Source: a virus
Lineage: Duplodnaviria > Caudoviricetes
Length of the DNA stretch: 52,367 bases
Direction: 5' to 3' (one strand)
Virus record (IMG/VR): IMGVR_UViG_3300020045_007855
Coordinates: 1-52,367 of that record
Shown here piece by piece: positions 1 to 9,295 of the stretch. Under the pieces are notes generated by a model. That model was given only the letters and a program-made list of their open reading frames with translations, ran no database searches and was not told where the DNA came from. The first letter of the stretch is position 1, and each line of letters starts with the position of its first letter. Made by a program: the position numbers and the translations under genes.

Positions 1-121
1 ATGCTCTTTTACAGGAAATCCGCATACTTCATCTACGAAATCCTCATTCCAGTTGTCGATAACTAAGAACACACGGCCACATTCGATTTTGGGTGCTTCT
101 GCATTTAAGCGTGTCACTTTA
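1..121. repeat. 121-bp direct terminal repeat, copy 1 (circular contig overlap)
   Basis: Identical to 52247..52367; lies inside the terL reading frame, which continues in frame across the junction. Confidence 0.97.
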
Positions 122-1371
122 TCATCCTTTGGTGTAATGGTCCTTGTTACGTTCAGTTTTGTTTGTGCAGATAAGGTTTGAATTACTGATAACCCGTTGG
201 CTTTTGGCTCAATTTTAATCACCGATGAACTTGTATAACCGTTAGCGTTTACGAACGTAGGAACAAAACGGATAAGTTCTGGAAACTTCAACCATACTTT
301 TTGAGCTTTCGTGATATACAAATAATTTCTAATTTTGCAACTGGCAATAATACCCGTCGGGTCGTTGTCTTTTGCCTTATCCGTGAACGCCGTATCGAGT
401 TTAAAATTAATCGGTTCATTTCTTCGCATTCTTTCAAAATCTGACCGACTAATATATTGAAACCACTCCTTTTTAATGATGTTACCGCCGTCTTCTGAAG
501 GTGATTGGTCATATTGATTTGCATATCCTCTTGACCCTAAATCAATCATTGCTTCGGTTAAAACACCTCTATTTAACCTATTACAATCAAGCAATCCATC
601 AACATATTTTTCTTTCAACTCAGGAGGATTGACACTTTTTGAAACTTCAGCAGGTAAACAAATATGACGAATCGTTTCTCCTTTCTTTTCGAGCAAATAA
701 CCTGTTACATCCTTTTCATGTAACCGTTGCATAATGGTAATTACAGGCGTGTTTTCCTTGTTTACCTTACGAGAGGATAGCGTTTTTGTGTGTTCGTTTG
801 CTGTTCTTCTATCCGTATCCGATGCAGCCTGTGACGGATTCAAAGGGTCGTCACTTATAATTACGTGGGCGTGCTTTCCTGTAATTGTACCACCTGTTGA
901 CGTTGTGTATCTCGCACCAGTTGACGTATTCTCATACGCTCCTTTTGCTGATTTGTCACGTCTGATTTGAACTTCTGGAAATAACTCTTTGTACTTATCC
1001 GACGTAATAATATCACGTGATTTTACACTATGCTCAATCGACAAATCTGACGAGTAAGAGTTGGTAATTATCCTAATACTTGCGTCTTGTGTCCAAAGCC
1101 ACGCAGGAAACATGATAGTCGTAATGGTTGACTTTGTTGTGCCTGGGGGAATGTTAATAATTAAATCATACGGCTTTTTTTCACGCTTGACAATTGAAAC
1201 TGATAACCGTTGAAGTTCTTCACACAAAAAAGGAATATGCCAATTGTAAACTGGTGGCTCTTTAATGACAACATCCCAAAAAGACTGAACAAACTCAAAA
1301 AAAGACTTTTGACAAGCCTCTCTTTCAATTGCTATTAATAGGCTTTTGGGTATGTTTATGCTATTTTTCAA
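1..1371 (-). CDS. terL: Terminase large subunit, N-terminal ~457 codons (continues across the circular junction to 52154; ~487 aa total)
   Basis: Absent from the ORF track because it runs off the end. Manual translation: TTG start at 1371, IINIPPGTTKS (Walker A-like), IISDDP (Walker B), TIMQRLHEKD, nuclease FKLDTA and IEPKANG; frame joins FPVKEH|DEYVD. Confidence 0.92.
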   Translation of the reverse strand, partial: MKNSINIPKSLLIAIEREACQKSFFEFVQSFWDVVIKEPPVYNWHIPFLCEELQRLSVSIVKREKKPYDLIINIPPGTTKSTITTIMFPAWLWTQDASIRIITNSYSSDLSIEHSVKSRDIITSDKYKELFPEVQIRRDKSAKGAYENTSTGARYTTSTGGTITGKHAHVIISDDPLNPSQAASDTDRRTANEHTKTLSSRKVNKENTPVITIMQRLHEKDVTGYLLEKKGETIRHICLPAEVSKSVNPPELKEKYVDGLLDCNRLNRGVLTEAMIDLGSRGYANQYDQSPSEDGGNIIKKEWFQYISRSDFERMRRNEPINFKLDTAFTDKAKDNDPTGIIASCKIRNYLYITKAQKVWLKFPELIRFVPTFVNANGYTSSSVIKIEPKANGLSVIQTLSAQTKLNVTRTITPKDDKVTRLNAEAPKIECGRVFLVIDNWNEDFVDEVCGFPVKEH

Positions 1372-1984
1372 CTCTTCTTGCTATCAGTAATAATTGTGCT
1401 TTGTCTTCCTCGCTAAAATCATCAAGATTGACAACTTTTGCAGATGGGTTTAACGGTTGCCCATCTTTTCCAGTTAGTTCTGTTTTCTCAGGGGAATAAA
1501 TACCTAATATTTTTCTTCTTTCAACCAATTGAAAACGTATTTCAGTCATATATCGAGGGTCGCCAAATTCAACCGTTTCTTTTACCCCTTTCTCAATTTC
1601 AGTAGGTGTGATTTTACCTTCGCTTTCCCCTTCTTTGCCCCCCTTTGAATCCGTTAGTTTCCCCTTTTGACGTGAGAATTTCAGCGATTGATTGGTTTTG
1701 GATTTCTCCCACGCTTCCCAAAGTTCTACGACTTGCATATCAATACGCTCAAGCTCTAACTGTATCACATCATCAATATTGGTAATGCGATTGTCCTGCC
1801 ATTCTTTCAACAAAAATTCAATATCACCGTGAATAGTTGATGAACTGATTGGTTTTTTAGCTTCAAGGTAATCGGTTGCCATTGTAGCAATCTTACGGAT
1901 TGAATAGCCTTTTTTATATAACTGAGCTACATACTCAAGCCTTGCTTCCTTGATTTTATTTCGATGTTGATTGCGTATTTCCAT
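1361..1984 (-). CDS. terS: Terminase small subunit (N-terminal HTH)
   Basis: HTH-like GYSIRKIA...STIHGDI, ERRKILGIY, C-terminal ELTGKDGQPL typical of TerS; directly upstream of terL. Confidence 0.75.
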   Translation of the reverse strand: MEIRNQHRNKIKEARLEYVAQLYKKGYSIRKIATMATDYLEAKKPISSSTIHGDIEFLLKEWQDNRITNIDDVIQLELERIDMQVVELWEAWEKSKTNQSLKFSRQKGKLTDSKGGKEGESEGKITPTEIEKGVKETVEFGDPRYMTEIRFQLVERRKILGIYSPEKTELTGKDGQPLNPSAKVVNLDDFSEEDKAQLLLIARRVEK

Positions 1985-1986
1985 AA

Positions 1987-2544
1987 TTATAGTTTACAAA
2001 TGAAACCACGTCCTTGAAGCTCATCGAATAGTTTTTCTAACTCTTCTGAGTCTTCCGATTCGACCGTTAATTTTGCCGAATTACTCTTTTTTGTAGGTTT
2101 TTCTTCTTCCTCTTCCGCATCAAATGAAGTATCCCAAACCTCCATGCCCCAATCTAAAAGCTCAGATTCATCCCACTCATTCGCCAAAATATCAAAGTCG
2201 TTTTGACCAAAAGCAACGTTGTCTTTTACGGTGTATGCTCTTAGTTTTTCTTTTGGAGTATCACGGCTTAAAACTTTGCATGGCAATTCAGTAAAGCCTA
2301 ATTCAACTGCAGCACGAAAACGCATATTACCGCCAATAATCACATATTTGTTCTTATGCGGATACACCAAAAGCTCTCGCAATTCAAGCATTTCGGGGTC
2401 GTCTTTGATAGATTTAACCAAAGCGTTGAAACGGTCATCTTTAATGAAACGAGGGTTTTTTGGTAACCCTTTGACTTGTCCTTCGTTGCTTTCTAAGAAC
2501 TCTATTTTGATTTTTTGGCTCATGATGTATTTATATTGGTTCAT
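1987..2544 (-). CDS. ParB/Srx N-terminal domain protein
   Basis: KNPRFI...LVKSI...IIGGNMRFRAA...KDN pattern; common position upstream of terS. Confidence 0.8.
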   Translation of the reverse strand: MNQYKYIMSQKIKIEFLESNEGQVKGLPKNPRFIKDDRFNALVKSIKDDPEMLELRELLVYPHKNKYVIIGGNMRFRAAVELGFTELPCKVLSRDTPKEKLRAYTVKDNVAFGQNDFDILANEWDESELLDWGMEVWDTSFDAEEEEEKPTKKSNSAKLTVESEDSEELEKLFDELQGRGFICKL

Positions 2545-2812
2545 AAGCTACTTCAAAAGCCTCTTTACTACATGGGTATATTTGACCGTTTACCCCAGTG
2601 ATTAACATATCGCTTGGAGTAAAATGATGTATTTTGCCAACAACAATTATCAAATAACACTCGTCATTTTCATGTGTAACAGGGTGGCCATTGTACTTAA
2701 AATGCCAAGGCATTCCATTTACGATATTGCCTCCGTTATTTCTGCCATACTCAACGAATTCTTCAAATGTTATAGCCTCAATTTCAATGGGCTTTTTTCT
2801 AAATTTTGCCAT
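2531..2812 (-). CDS. Conserved phage protein (PGDYG-like family)
   Basis: MAKFRKKPIEIEA start and GVNGQIYPCSKEAFEVAYE end match a widespread phage family. Confidence 0.65.
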   Translation of the reverse strand: MAKFRKKPIEIEAITFEEFVEYGRNNGGNIVNGMPWHFKYNGHPVTHENDECYLIIVVGKIHHFTPSDMLITGVNGQIYPCSKEAFEVAYEPI

Positions 2813-2839
2813 AATTTTATTTTTAAACAGTTTATGAAA

Positions 2840-3049
2840 TCAAGGTTTCTTGTAGATATAGATAGTATCTACCTTGTTATTATTGATAACCAGTTTCTTG
2901 ATTGGAATAATTTGTTTTGATGACTCTAAGTCATTATAACCATAGTAACCAAGAGCCATATCAGTAATATAGATAATAGCCATTCCACCTAAAAAACATA
3001 CAATAGCGACAATTACTATTGCTTCTTTTAATCCTTTTCCGTAGTCCAT
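2840..3049 (-). CDS. Hypothetical membrane protein
   Basis: N-terminal hydrophobic helix; tightly packed in the leftward operon. Confidence 0.55.
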   Translation of the reverse strand: MDYGKGLKEAIVIVAIVCFLGGMAIIYITDMALGYYGYNDLESSKQIIPIKKLVINNNKVDTIYIYKKP

Positions 3050-3328
3050 TTAATTTGATTTAATATTTCTATCTACAATATTTAAGATGCTTAGTTTTTC
3101 AAAATATTGGATCTTAAACTCTTCATAATTCATTAATAAAGTAAAGCAAACATCATCATCAAAATAAATCTTTGTGGCGTCTCCTTCAAGTTCTGTATCT
3201 AACTCTTTAGGATATGAATAAAAATGAGTGACTCGCCTAACATCAATCATTATAGGAACAATTGACGACTGTTTAGTCAATTCATTTTCAATAAATATTG
3301 TTGATTCAATGTATTGTTTCATCTTCAC
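3050..3328 (-). CDS. Hypothetical protein
   Basis: Operon-coupled 92-aa ORF. Confidence 0.55.
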   Translation of the reverse strand: MKMKQYIESTIFIENELTKQSSIVPIMIDVRRVTHFYSYPKELDTELEGDATKIYFDDDVCFTLLMNYEEFKIQYFEKLSILNIVDRNIKSN

Positions 3329-3504
3329 TTATTTTTTAAATACTTCTCTTCAAATTCTTTAAAATTCTCAACTTTTTGCACTCTCTTTTCTAAATCATCT
3401 ATCTTATCAAGTTTTGCTTTCGTCATAGACCACAAGAAATTTGACAGGAAGAACACCGCACCAGTTGAGAATAAAATTTGACCAATACTTTTAAGATGCT
3501 CCAT
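3325..3504 (-). CDS. 59-aa membrane/coiled-coil protein (possible holin or antiholin)
   Basis: Manual translation MEHLKSIGQILFSTGAVFFLSNFLWSMTKAKLDKIDDLEKRVQKVE...; fills the gap between neighbours. Confidence 0.55.
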   Translation of the reverse strand: MEHLKSIGQILFSTGAVFFLSNFLWSMTKAKLDKIDDLEKRVQKVENFKEFEEKYLKNK

Positions 3505-3508
3505 TTAT

Positions 3509-3760
3509 TTACCTTAATTTTTGAGCAACAGACTGAGCAACATTATCGGCCAATTTGCTGAACAGCATTTTCACGAGTGATAATAATGCTGCAATAATTC
3601 CAAAAACTTTCGTGATTAGAGCAACGTGTAAATCAAAGCCAACCAATGTGGCGAAGTTGATTATTTCGTCTTTCATTGATAGTAATAAAGCGAGTACGCC
3701 AATTACTCCCGAAAGAATATTGGTAAGCCACGCAGGAGATTTTTGATTAATGTTTAGCAT
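3509..3760 (-). CDS. Putative holin (two transmembrane helices)
   Basis: 83 aa, two hydrophobic segments, basic C-terminus, in the lysis cluster. Confidence 0.6.
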   Translation of the reverse strand: MLNINQKSPAWLTNILSGVIGVLALLLSMKDEIINFATLVGFDLHVALITKVFGIIAALLSLVKMLFSKLADNVAQSVAQKLR

Positions 3761-3809
3761 CGTTTTATGTGTTTAGTTGACTTACAATTGTGAAGCGTAA
3801 GGCTAAAAT

Positions 3810-4259
3810 TCAAGGAGGTGATTTCACGATAATTAGCACAACGATTGCAGCAGCTTCAACGTAATTTAAAACCTTAGCAAATGCCAGCTTTCGGTTTGCT
3901 TTCTTCAAGGATTTTGAGTCCTGTTCGGATTTATTTTTGTAAACATTTCGCTCAATCGTTCGCACTAATAAATCACCTGTGGCACGCTCCAAAGCCGATT
4001 CGGCAATGCCTAATTTCTCCCAATACGCACCAACTTTTATTTTGTTTTCAAGTGCGTCTTTTGCTGCTAACTCCGTAAAAACATAATAACCCTTAGGAAG
4101 CATTTTCCTCAACTTTTCGGTGGTGGTAGTATCAGTTGTTGACGAACAGGCTATCAATGAGGTACTGCAAGCGTTCACCGTCTGAATTGCGGATATTGCT
4201 GACGTTAGCATTGACAGTGCTATCAATTTTACTAATCTTCTTTTGGGTTGTTGTGTCAT
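3810..4259 (-). CDS. Putative spanin component (signal/lipoprotein-like N-terminus, coiled coil, C-terminal TM)
   Basis: Starts out of frame inside 4132..4428; KRR plus hydrophobic leader with Cys; hydrophobic C-terminus. Confidence 0.45.
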   Translation of the reverse strand: MTQQPKRRLVKLIALSMLTSAISAIQTVNACSTSLIACSSTTDTTTTEKLRKMLPKGYYVFTELAAKDALENKIKVGAYWEKLGIAESALERATGDLLVRTIERNVYKNKSEQDSKSLKKANRKLAFAKVLNYVEAAAIVVLIIVKSPP

Positions 4260-4428
4260 ACTTTTGAGCGTTAATGATGACGATTTGGGGCGTTTGCTTT
4301 ACTTTATCATTGTCTTTTGTGCATTTCAACACAATCGGAATAATGATAAGTAGTAAGAAAGCAATAAGAATGAACCATTTATACTTGAGTAAAAACGGCT
4401 TCAAGAATTCAATTGCGAGGTTGAGCAT
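4132..4428 (-). CDS. Putative inner-membrane spanin-like protein
   Basis: N-terminal TM (WFILIAFLLLIIIPIVL) followed by a periplasmic helical region; lysis cluster. Confidence 0.5.
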   Translation of the reverse strand: MLNLAIEFLKPFLLKYKWFILIAFLLLIIIPIVLKCTKDNDKVKQTPQIVIINAQKYDTTTQKKISKIDSTVNANVSNIRNSDGERLQYLIDSLFVNN

Positions 4429-4840
4429 GAGTGTAAAAAATTTTGTCGTTCTGCATACGCTTTTCAATATTCGCAATGTCTAATTCGTATCGTTTTCTTA
4501 GCTTGACCAGGTTGCCAGCTACTAATTCAAGTTTTGCGATTTCGACTTCATTCTTCTGAATAATCTCACTCATCTTGTAATTCTGAGCGGATATTTGATT
4601 AGAAAGAATCCTATTTTCAATAATAGCAGACTTATACGAAGTGTGGCACGTGTCGCATAGTCCTGCATTCCCAATCGTATCTTTCTGGATACCTTGATTG
4701 ATGGCGTAAATGGCGGTGACTTTCCCCTTAGGAGAATTGGCAGTCTGTGAAGCATTTGACGACGCTTCAATTGATGTGATGCACGAGCCAATCAGAAGGC
4801 CCAAAACAACAAAAAGCACGAGACTAAATAAGTTTTTCAT
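4409..4840 (-). CDS. Putative lipoprotein with coiled coil (lysis-associated)
   Basis: Signal peptide with lipobox-like LIGSC; overlaps the endolysin stop. Confidence 0.5.
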   Translation of the reverse strand: MKNLFSLVLFVVLGLLIGSCITSIEASSNASQTANSPKGKVTAIYAINQGIQKDTIGNAGLCDTCHTSYKSAIIENRILSNQISAQNYKMSEIIQKNEVEIAKLELVAGNLVKLRKRYELDIANIEKRMQNDKIFYTHAQPRN

Positions 4841-5456
4841 TTTGATGGATTTTTTTAAGGTTATGGATTCGGTTTAACCATCCACGCACGAATTTTCTTT
4901 GGCTTCCTTGTCCGAGCCGTTGATAAAATCCTTTGCGATACTTGAATATATAGTTATATAATTTTGATGGTTCTGAGTTGTTTATTGCGGCAATTGTCTT
5001 CTCTCCTATTCTTCCATCCGCTTTTACTCCTGCAAACTTCTGTATTGCCTTAATATGCTGGTTTCGGTATCCAGTACCGAAATTGATAGCCATATCAACG
5101 ATAATTTCGGCAATGGCCTGATTTTGAATCCTGTCTGCTTTAACCAAATCCCAATAAATCTTTCGATAAATTGGTTTCACGTCGTCAATGGTCGTGTTTC
5201 TTAGGTCGTTAGCGTTCAGTTTTCCATTTCCGTCCTTATCGCAAGGCTTTTCGGAAACTGTAATTAAATTCGAGTTGCACCACATCTTATAAGTTGATAA
5301 TGTTACTCCGAATTTTGTTGCTCCTCCCCTATCGTACTGTGTTACAGTGAAAAGAACACCTTCTGATTTAATCAAATGAGGGAAATACTTTTCAAAATCA
5401 GCACCGAAACACGAGGTGGTAATAGATAATATCAATAACACAATTGCAATTCTCAT
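4824..5456 (-). CDS. Endolysin, glycoside hydrolase family 108 with peptidoglycan-binding domain and N-terminal signal peptide
   Basis: SEG...DRGGATKFGV, YRKIYWD, DMAINFG, DGRIGEKT, FVRGWLNR. Confidence 0.9.
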   Translation of the reverse strand: MRIAIVLLILSITTSCFGADFEKYFPHLIKSEGVLFTVTQYDRGGATKFGVTLSTYKMWCNSNLITVSEKPCDKDGNGKLNANDLRNTTIDDVKPIYRKIYWDLVKADRIQNQAIAEIIVDMAINFGTGYRNQHIKAIQKFAGVKADGRIGEKTIAAINNSEPSKLYNYIFKYRKGFYQRLGQGSQRKFVRGWLNRIHNLKKIHQNEKLI

Positions 5457-5691
5457 CAGTTTTAGCGGTTTGGTTTGTTGTTAGAGATTACTTAATGAAA
5501 ATTGCTATCCTACTAATAATCAACACTATAAGAACAAGCATTTAATTTTCATTTTTTACAAGTTTCTGAAAATCAAACACTTGCATTGCATCAATATTGA
5601 TGACGAACAAATTTAGAAAAAAAAGACTTACAATGGAAGCCCTTTATAATATAAATTTATATATTTGCATGAGATATAAATAAAATCTATA
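5457..5691. promoter_or_regulatory. Divergent late-gene control region
   Basis: Bacteroidota -7 motifs TATATTTG (+, 5660-5667) and TAAATTTG (-, 5608-5615); palindrome CATCAATATTGATG 5589-5602; IHF-consensus-like AATCAAACACTTG 5571-5583. Confidence 0.6.
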
Positions 5692-6318
5692 ATGAAAGAT
5701 AAAATTTTAGCATCGCTTCGCAACAAGTATAGAAATTTGGGGTTGAGCGACAAAATAACTGAAGGGATTGCAGATTTACTTGCACTAACTACAACAGAAG
5801 AATCACAAATCGAAACCGCAGTCGCAGGGGTCGAAAACTTAGCAAAAGGCTTTCAAGGTGATGCTGACCGTATTCGTACAGAAGCAACACAAAAGGCAAA
5901 AGCTGAGCAACAAAAAGCACAAGGGGGCGAGCAACAAAAGCAAGAACCCACAAATGACGATGTGCCAGCGTGGGCTAAGGGTTTTACAGATAAAATTGCC
6001 AGTTTAACCGAAGAATTGACGGCAATTAAGAAAGGAAAAACAACCTCAACACGCAAAGAAGTTCTTGAACAAAAATTGAAAGATGCTCCTGCTGCAATTA
6101 AGGCAAAAACCTTAAAGGATTTCGAGAGAATGCAGTTCGAGACTGACGACGATTTTAACGCTTATCTAACTGAAACAGAAACCGATTTAGGGGTCGTTGT
6201 ACAGGAATTTGCGAACAAAGGATTGGCAGCACATCAATCGCCGGTAGTAGGCGGTGGAGCAACAGAAGCAAGTTTGGATGCTGAAATCAAAGCATGGTCT
6301 GGGGCTGGAAATAAATAA
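5692..6318 (+). CDS. Capsid scaffolding protein
   Basis: Helical, charged protein with DVPAWAK motif; first gene of the capsid arm. Confidence 0.7.
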   Translation: MKDKILASLRNKYRNLGLSDKITEGIADLLALTTTEESQIETAVAGVENLAKGFQGDADRIRTEATQKAKAEQQKAQGGEQQKQEPTNDDVPAWAKGFTDKIASLTEELTAIKKGKTTSTRKEVLEQKLKDAPAAIKAKTLKDFERMQFETDDDFNAYLTETETDLGVVVQEFANKGLAAHQSPVVGGGATEASLDAEIKAWSGAGNK

Positions 6319-6353
6319 TTAATCTATTTTTTCACTCTCAAAAATTCAAACCA

Positions 6354-6941
6354 ATGTTCGAATTAAAAAAAGAAGTGCTTTCGGATGGAATTCCAGTTTG
6401 GCAAGGTGGCAATGTTGAAACGGCTCAGGGCGGTTTCATCTTGGACGCAACAGGCCTTTCGACTGGTGACACCGTAAAAGCAGGAACGCCAGTAGGTTTT
6501 GATGAAAGTACACGCAAAGCGGTTATCATCAAAACTGCAACATTGCAAGCAGATGCAACGAATACTGCAACAACTTATAATGTTTTGAAAGGCCATTTAC
6601 TTATCGTTGGTGACAAGATTGGAGCAACAAAAGGCTCAAAATCTTACGCAATTACGGCAATTGATAAGACCAATACGGCTTACGATGTTCTGACAGTTGG
6701 CACAACATTAGGTGCGGCATTAACATCTGGAACTGCATTGTTTCAAACTTCGGCAACGGGTACAACCGCAGCGGATTTCATTGTTGCTCCGAAAGGGTTG
6801 ACTTACGAAACGTTTGACGTTGAGCCAAACATGAGCTTGAGCGTAGTTATCAGAGGTACGGTTTATCACCGTCGTGTTCCAAAAGCATCGGCAGATTTGA
6901 AAGCTGCATTACCAAATATCATTTTCTCAGAATCATTCTAA
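6354..6941 (+). CDS. Head decoration/cement protein
   Basis: GGFILD...VKAGTPV...VVIRGTV...LPNIIF; lies between scaffold and MCP. Confidence 0.65.
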   Translation: MFELKKEVLSDGIPVWQGGNVETAQGGFILDATGLSTGDTVKAGTPVGFDESTRKAVIIKTATLQADATNTATTYNVLKGHLLIVGDKIGATKGSKSYAITAIDKTNTAYDVLTVGTTLGAALTSGTALFQTSATGTTAADFIVAPKGLTYETFDVEPNMSLSVVIRGTVYHRRVPKASADLKAALPNIIFSESF

Positions 6942-7002
6942 GAAGTAATTATTTGAAAATCAGTATTTTAAATCATTCACAACCCTTTAAATTTTTACAA
7001 AA

Positions 7003-8100
7003 ATGACTAAGATAAAGTCTATTTTTGGTGCATACTCCGATCGCTTACAAGTTATGATTGATAACTCGCAAGCACGATTTGCACCAACTTGGTACCAACA
7101 ATATTTCCCTTTTGCCCCTGCTCAACAGTCTTTGACTTTTGTGTCGGCAATTGGACGTGCAAGAATTGAAGCAGCCGCTTCGGTTGTAGATAGAGATTCT
7201 GATACTCCACTTCGTTCAAGACAAGGCGTTGAAAAGTTCACTGGTGACATTCCTGCAATTAAGGAAATGTTCAAGATGAAAGAGTCTGATTATCGTGATT
7301 GGTTGACAATGCAAGCAATCGGAGTCGATGACGCAACAAAAAAGACTCAGTTGCTTGATTTCATGTTTAACGACGTGAAAAAAGTTGGTGATTCTGCTCA
7401 CAAGCGTCTTGACATCTTCTGTTTAGAAGCAGTTTCAACGGGTAAGGTTTCGTTGACAATTGACAACAACTCAGACGGTTTGGTATTATCAAACCCTGTT
7501 GACTTGTTGATGCCTTCAACAAATAAAATTGACTCTGCTGTATCGTGGGCAACTTCTGCATCGGCAACACCAATTTCAGACATTGAGGGCGTTGTTTTAT
7601 CGGCGGCAGATCGTGGTATTTCTTTTGAGAAAATCTTAATGCCGAAATCTTTATTCTTGAAATTCAAGAAAACAAAAGAGGTAGTTGATACAATGACTGC
7701 ATTCTTCTATGGTCCAAAGCCAGGAACTGGTTTTAATCCTGTTGCAGTTTCAACGCTTGCGAATGTAAATGAATACCTTTCTGCTAACCAATTGCCAATC
7801 ATTGAATTGATTGATATGCCAGTTGGTATTGAAAAAGACGGTGTTATCTCAACAATTCGTCCTTTCAACGAAAACAACGTTTCATTCATTCCTTCTGGTC
7901 AATTAGGGGAAATCAAAAACGCAATTGCAATTGAGCAAATTAAGCCCGTTAGCGACGTTTCTTATGCTTCATTCAATCGTGCTTTAATCTCAAAATGGTC
8001 TGAAAACGAACCGTTTGGAGAATGGACAAAGGTGGAGCTAAACGCTTTCCCTGCATTTACGGCAATTGACTCGGTTCACATTTTAACGGCAGTCCGCTAA
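7003..8100 (+). CDS. Major capsid protein (lambda gpE-like family)
   Basis: 365 aa; AAASVVDRDSDTPLRSR, EAVSTGKV, W...SATPISDI, NAFPAF. Confidence 0.85.
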   Translation: MTKIKSIFGAYSDRLQVMIDNSQARFAPTWYQQYFPFAPAQQSLTFVSAIGRARIEAAASVVDRDSDTPLRSRQGVEKFTGDIPAIKEMFKMKESDYRDWLTMQAIGVDDATKKTQLLDFMFNDVKKVGDSAHKRLDIFCLEAVSTGKVSLTIDNNSDGLVLSNPVDLLMPSTNKIDSAVSWATSASATPISDIEGVVLSAADRGISFEKILMPKSLFLKFKKTKEVVDTMTAFFYGPKPGTGFNPVAVSTLANVNEYLSANQLPIIELIDMPVGIEKDGVISTIRPFNENNVSFIPSGQLGEIKNAIAIEQIKPVSDVSYASFNRALISKWSENEPFGEWTKVELNAFPAFTAIDSVHILTAVR

Positions 8101-8109
8101 GAATAAGAC

Positions 8110-8436
8110 ATGGCAACAATAAAGGAAGTAGTTGAAGCAAATCTTACTGATTTCGGTTTTGAAGTTTCCGCAGTCACGCTTGATTCTCATTTCGTTAAAA
8201 CTGGTGGTGTTAGTAGTGATGTGTACTCTGCTGATAATGCTAAGGTTGCCGACAAAGTGATGTATTCAATCATTCCTTTATTGTTGCTCATGCCCGAAGT
8301 TTCAGAGGGTCAATTTTCTAAAAAATACAACGTGGCAGGAATAACCACTTTTTACAAGTCACTTTGTATCGACCTCAATCTTCCAGACAAACTTAATCCA
8401 CAACCCAAAATCGTTAACAGGTCTGACCGATGGTAA
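8110..8436 (+). CDS. Head-tail adaptor protein
   Basis: Follows MCP; PEVSEGQFS...NRSDRW typical of Bacteroidota phage adaptors. Confidence 0.65.
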   Translation: MATIKEVVEANLTDFGFEVSAVTLDSHFVKTGGVSSDVYSADNAKVADKVMYSIIPLLLLMPEVSEGQFSKKYNVAGITTFYKSLCIDLNLPDKLNPQPKIVNRSDRW

Positions 8437-8753
8437 AGCAATACCCATACGAGCTATATGTATTTCAAACTACTGGCGACTATCAAGATGGAAATGGTGA
8501 TTGGCAAAACGGCACATCATCATGGAATTTGATTTCAAAGTGTCGTGATGAATCCAACACTAAATCGGCACAAATCAGATTGGAAGATGAAACGGCTTAT
8601 ACTTTCGAGTCGCTTATTCAAATGCCAAAATTAACGGTAACTGTTGAAGTTGGATTGAATTGTGAGGTTAGGGATTTAAACGGAAATATAAGAGTAAAAG
8701 GAACAATTAGAAGATTCTCAAACGACCAACTTCACACAAGATTATGGCTTTAA
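8430..8753 (+). CDS. Head closure/stopper protein
   Basis: QYPYEL...QDGNGDW...CRDE...QLHTRLWL; position in neck module. Confidence 0.6.
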   Translation: MVKQYPYELYVFQTTGDYQDGNGDWQNGTSSWNLISKCRDESNTKSAQIRLEDETAYTFESLIQMPKLTVTVEVGLNCEVRDLNGNIRVKGTIRRFSNDQLHTRLWL

Positions 8754-9295
8754 GAGCGAGTTTTTCACTTGAAGATGTTAGGGCAAAGTTTGAATTAGCT
8801 CAAGGTTTGTTTAGGCGAACGGTAATTAAAAAATTTAGCGAGATTGGCGAGCAGTGTGTAAATATGTCTCGTGCATCATTGAATATTGATGCAAGTGCAT
8901 TTCCTGTTGCTAAATCATCAAATGCTAAAAATGAACCAAAAGCATTAAAGCAAAGAGTTTTAACCAAAAAGGAAATAGCCAAAAAAATAACTCCTCCTAC
9001 TTTTGGTGACTACTTGGACAATACGTCAAATCTTCGGAATTCAATTGGATATTTCATTGCAGAAGATGGTGTGATTCTTAAAGAAAATGGAAATTCAACG
9101 GCTAAAGGGGTTGCTATTGAGGTGATTAATAAAAATACAAGTGGATTTGTACTTGTAGTAGTCGCAGGAATGGAGTACGCAGCAGCAGTTGAAGCAAAGG
9201 GTTACAATGTAATAACATCATCAGAAAAATTTGCAGAAGGAGAAATTCCGAAATTAATAGCACAACTCAAAACTCAATTAGAAAGAAGAAGATGA
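8744..9295 (+). CDS. Neck protein, HK97 gp10-like
   Basis: YLDNTSNLRNSIGY and VVAGMEYAAAVEAKGYNV. Confidence 0.75.
   Translation: MALRASFSLEDVRAKFELAQGLFRRTVIKKFSEIGEQCVNMSRASLNIDASAFPVAKSSNAKNEPKALKQRVLTKKEIAKKITPPTFGDYLDNTSNLRNSIGYFIAEDGVILKENGNSTAKGVAIEVINKNTSGFVLVVVAGMEYAAAVEAKGYNVITSSEKFAEGEIPKLIAQLKTQLERRR

Noticed and set aside
1-121. Terminal repeat as a biological DTR
   Set aside because: It falls mid-terL and its length is typical of an assembler k-mer overlap
288-970. ORF-track entries 288..524 and 734..970
   Set aside because: Shadow frames of terL; most other short overlapping or antisense ORFs in the track were dropped for the same reason
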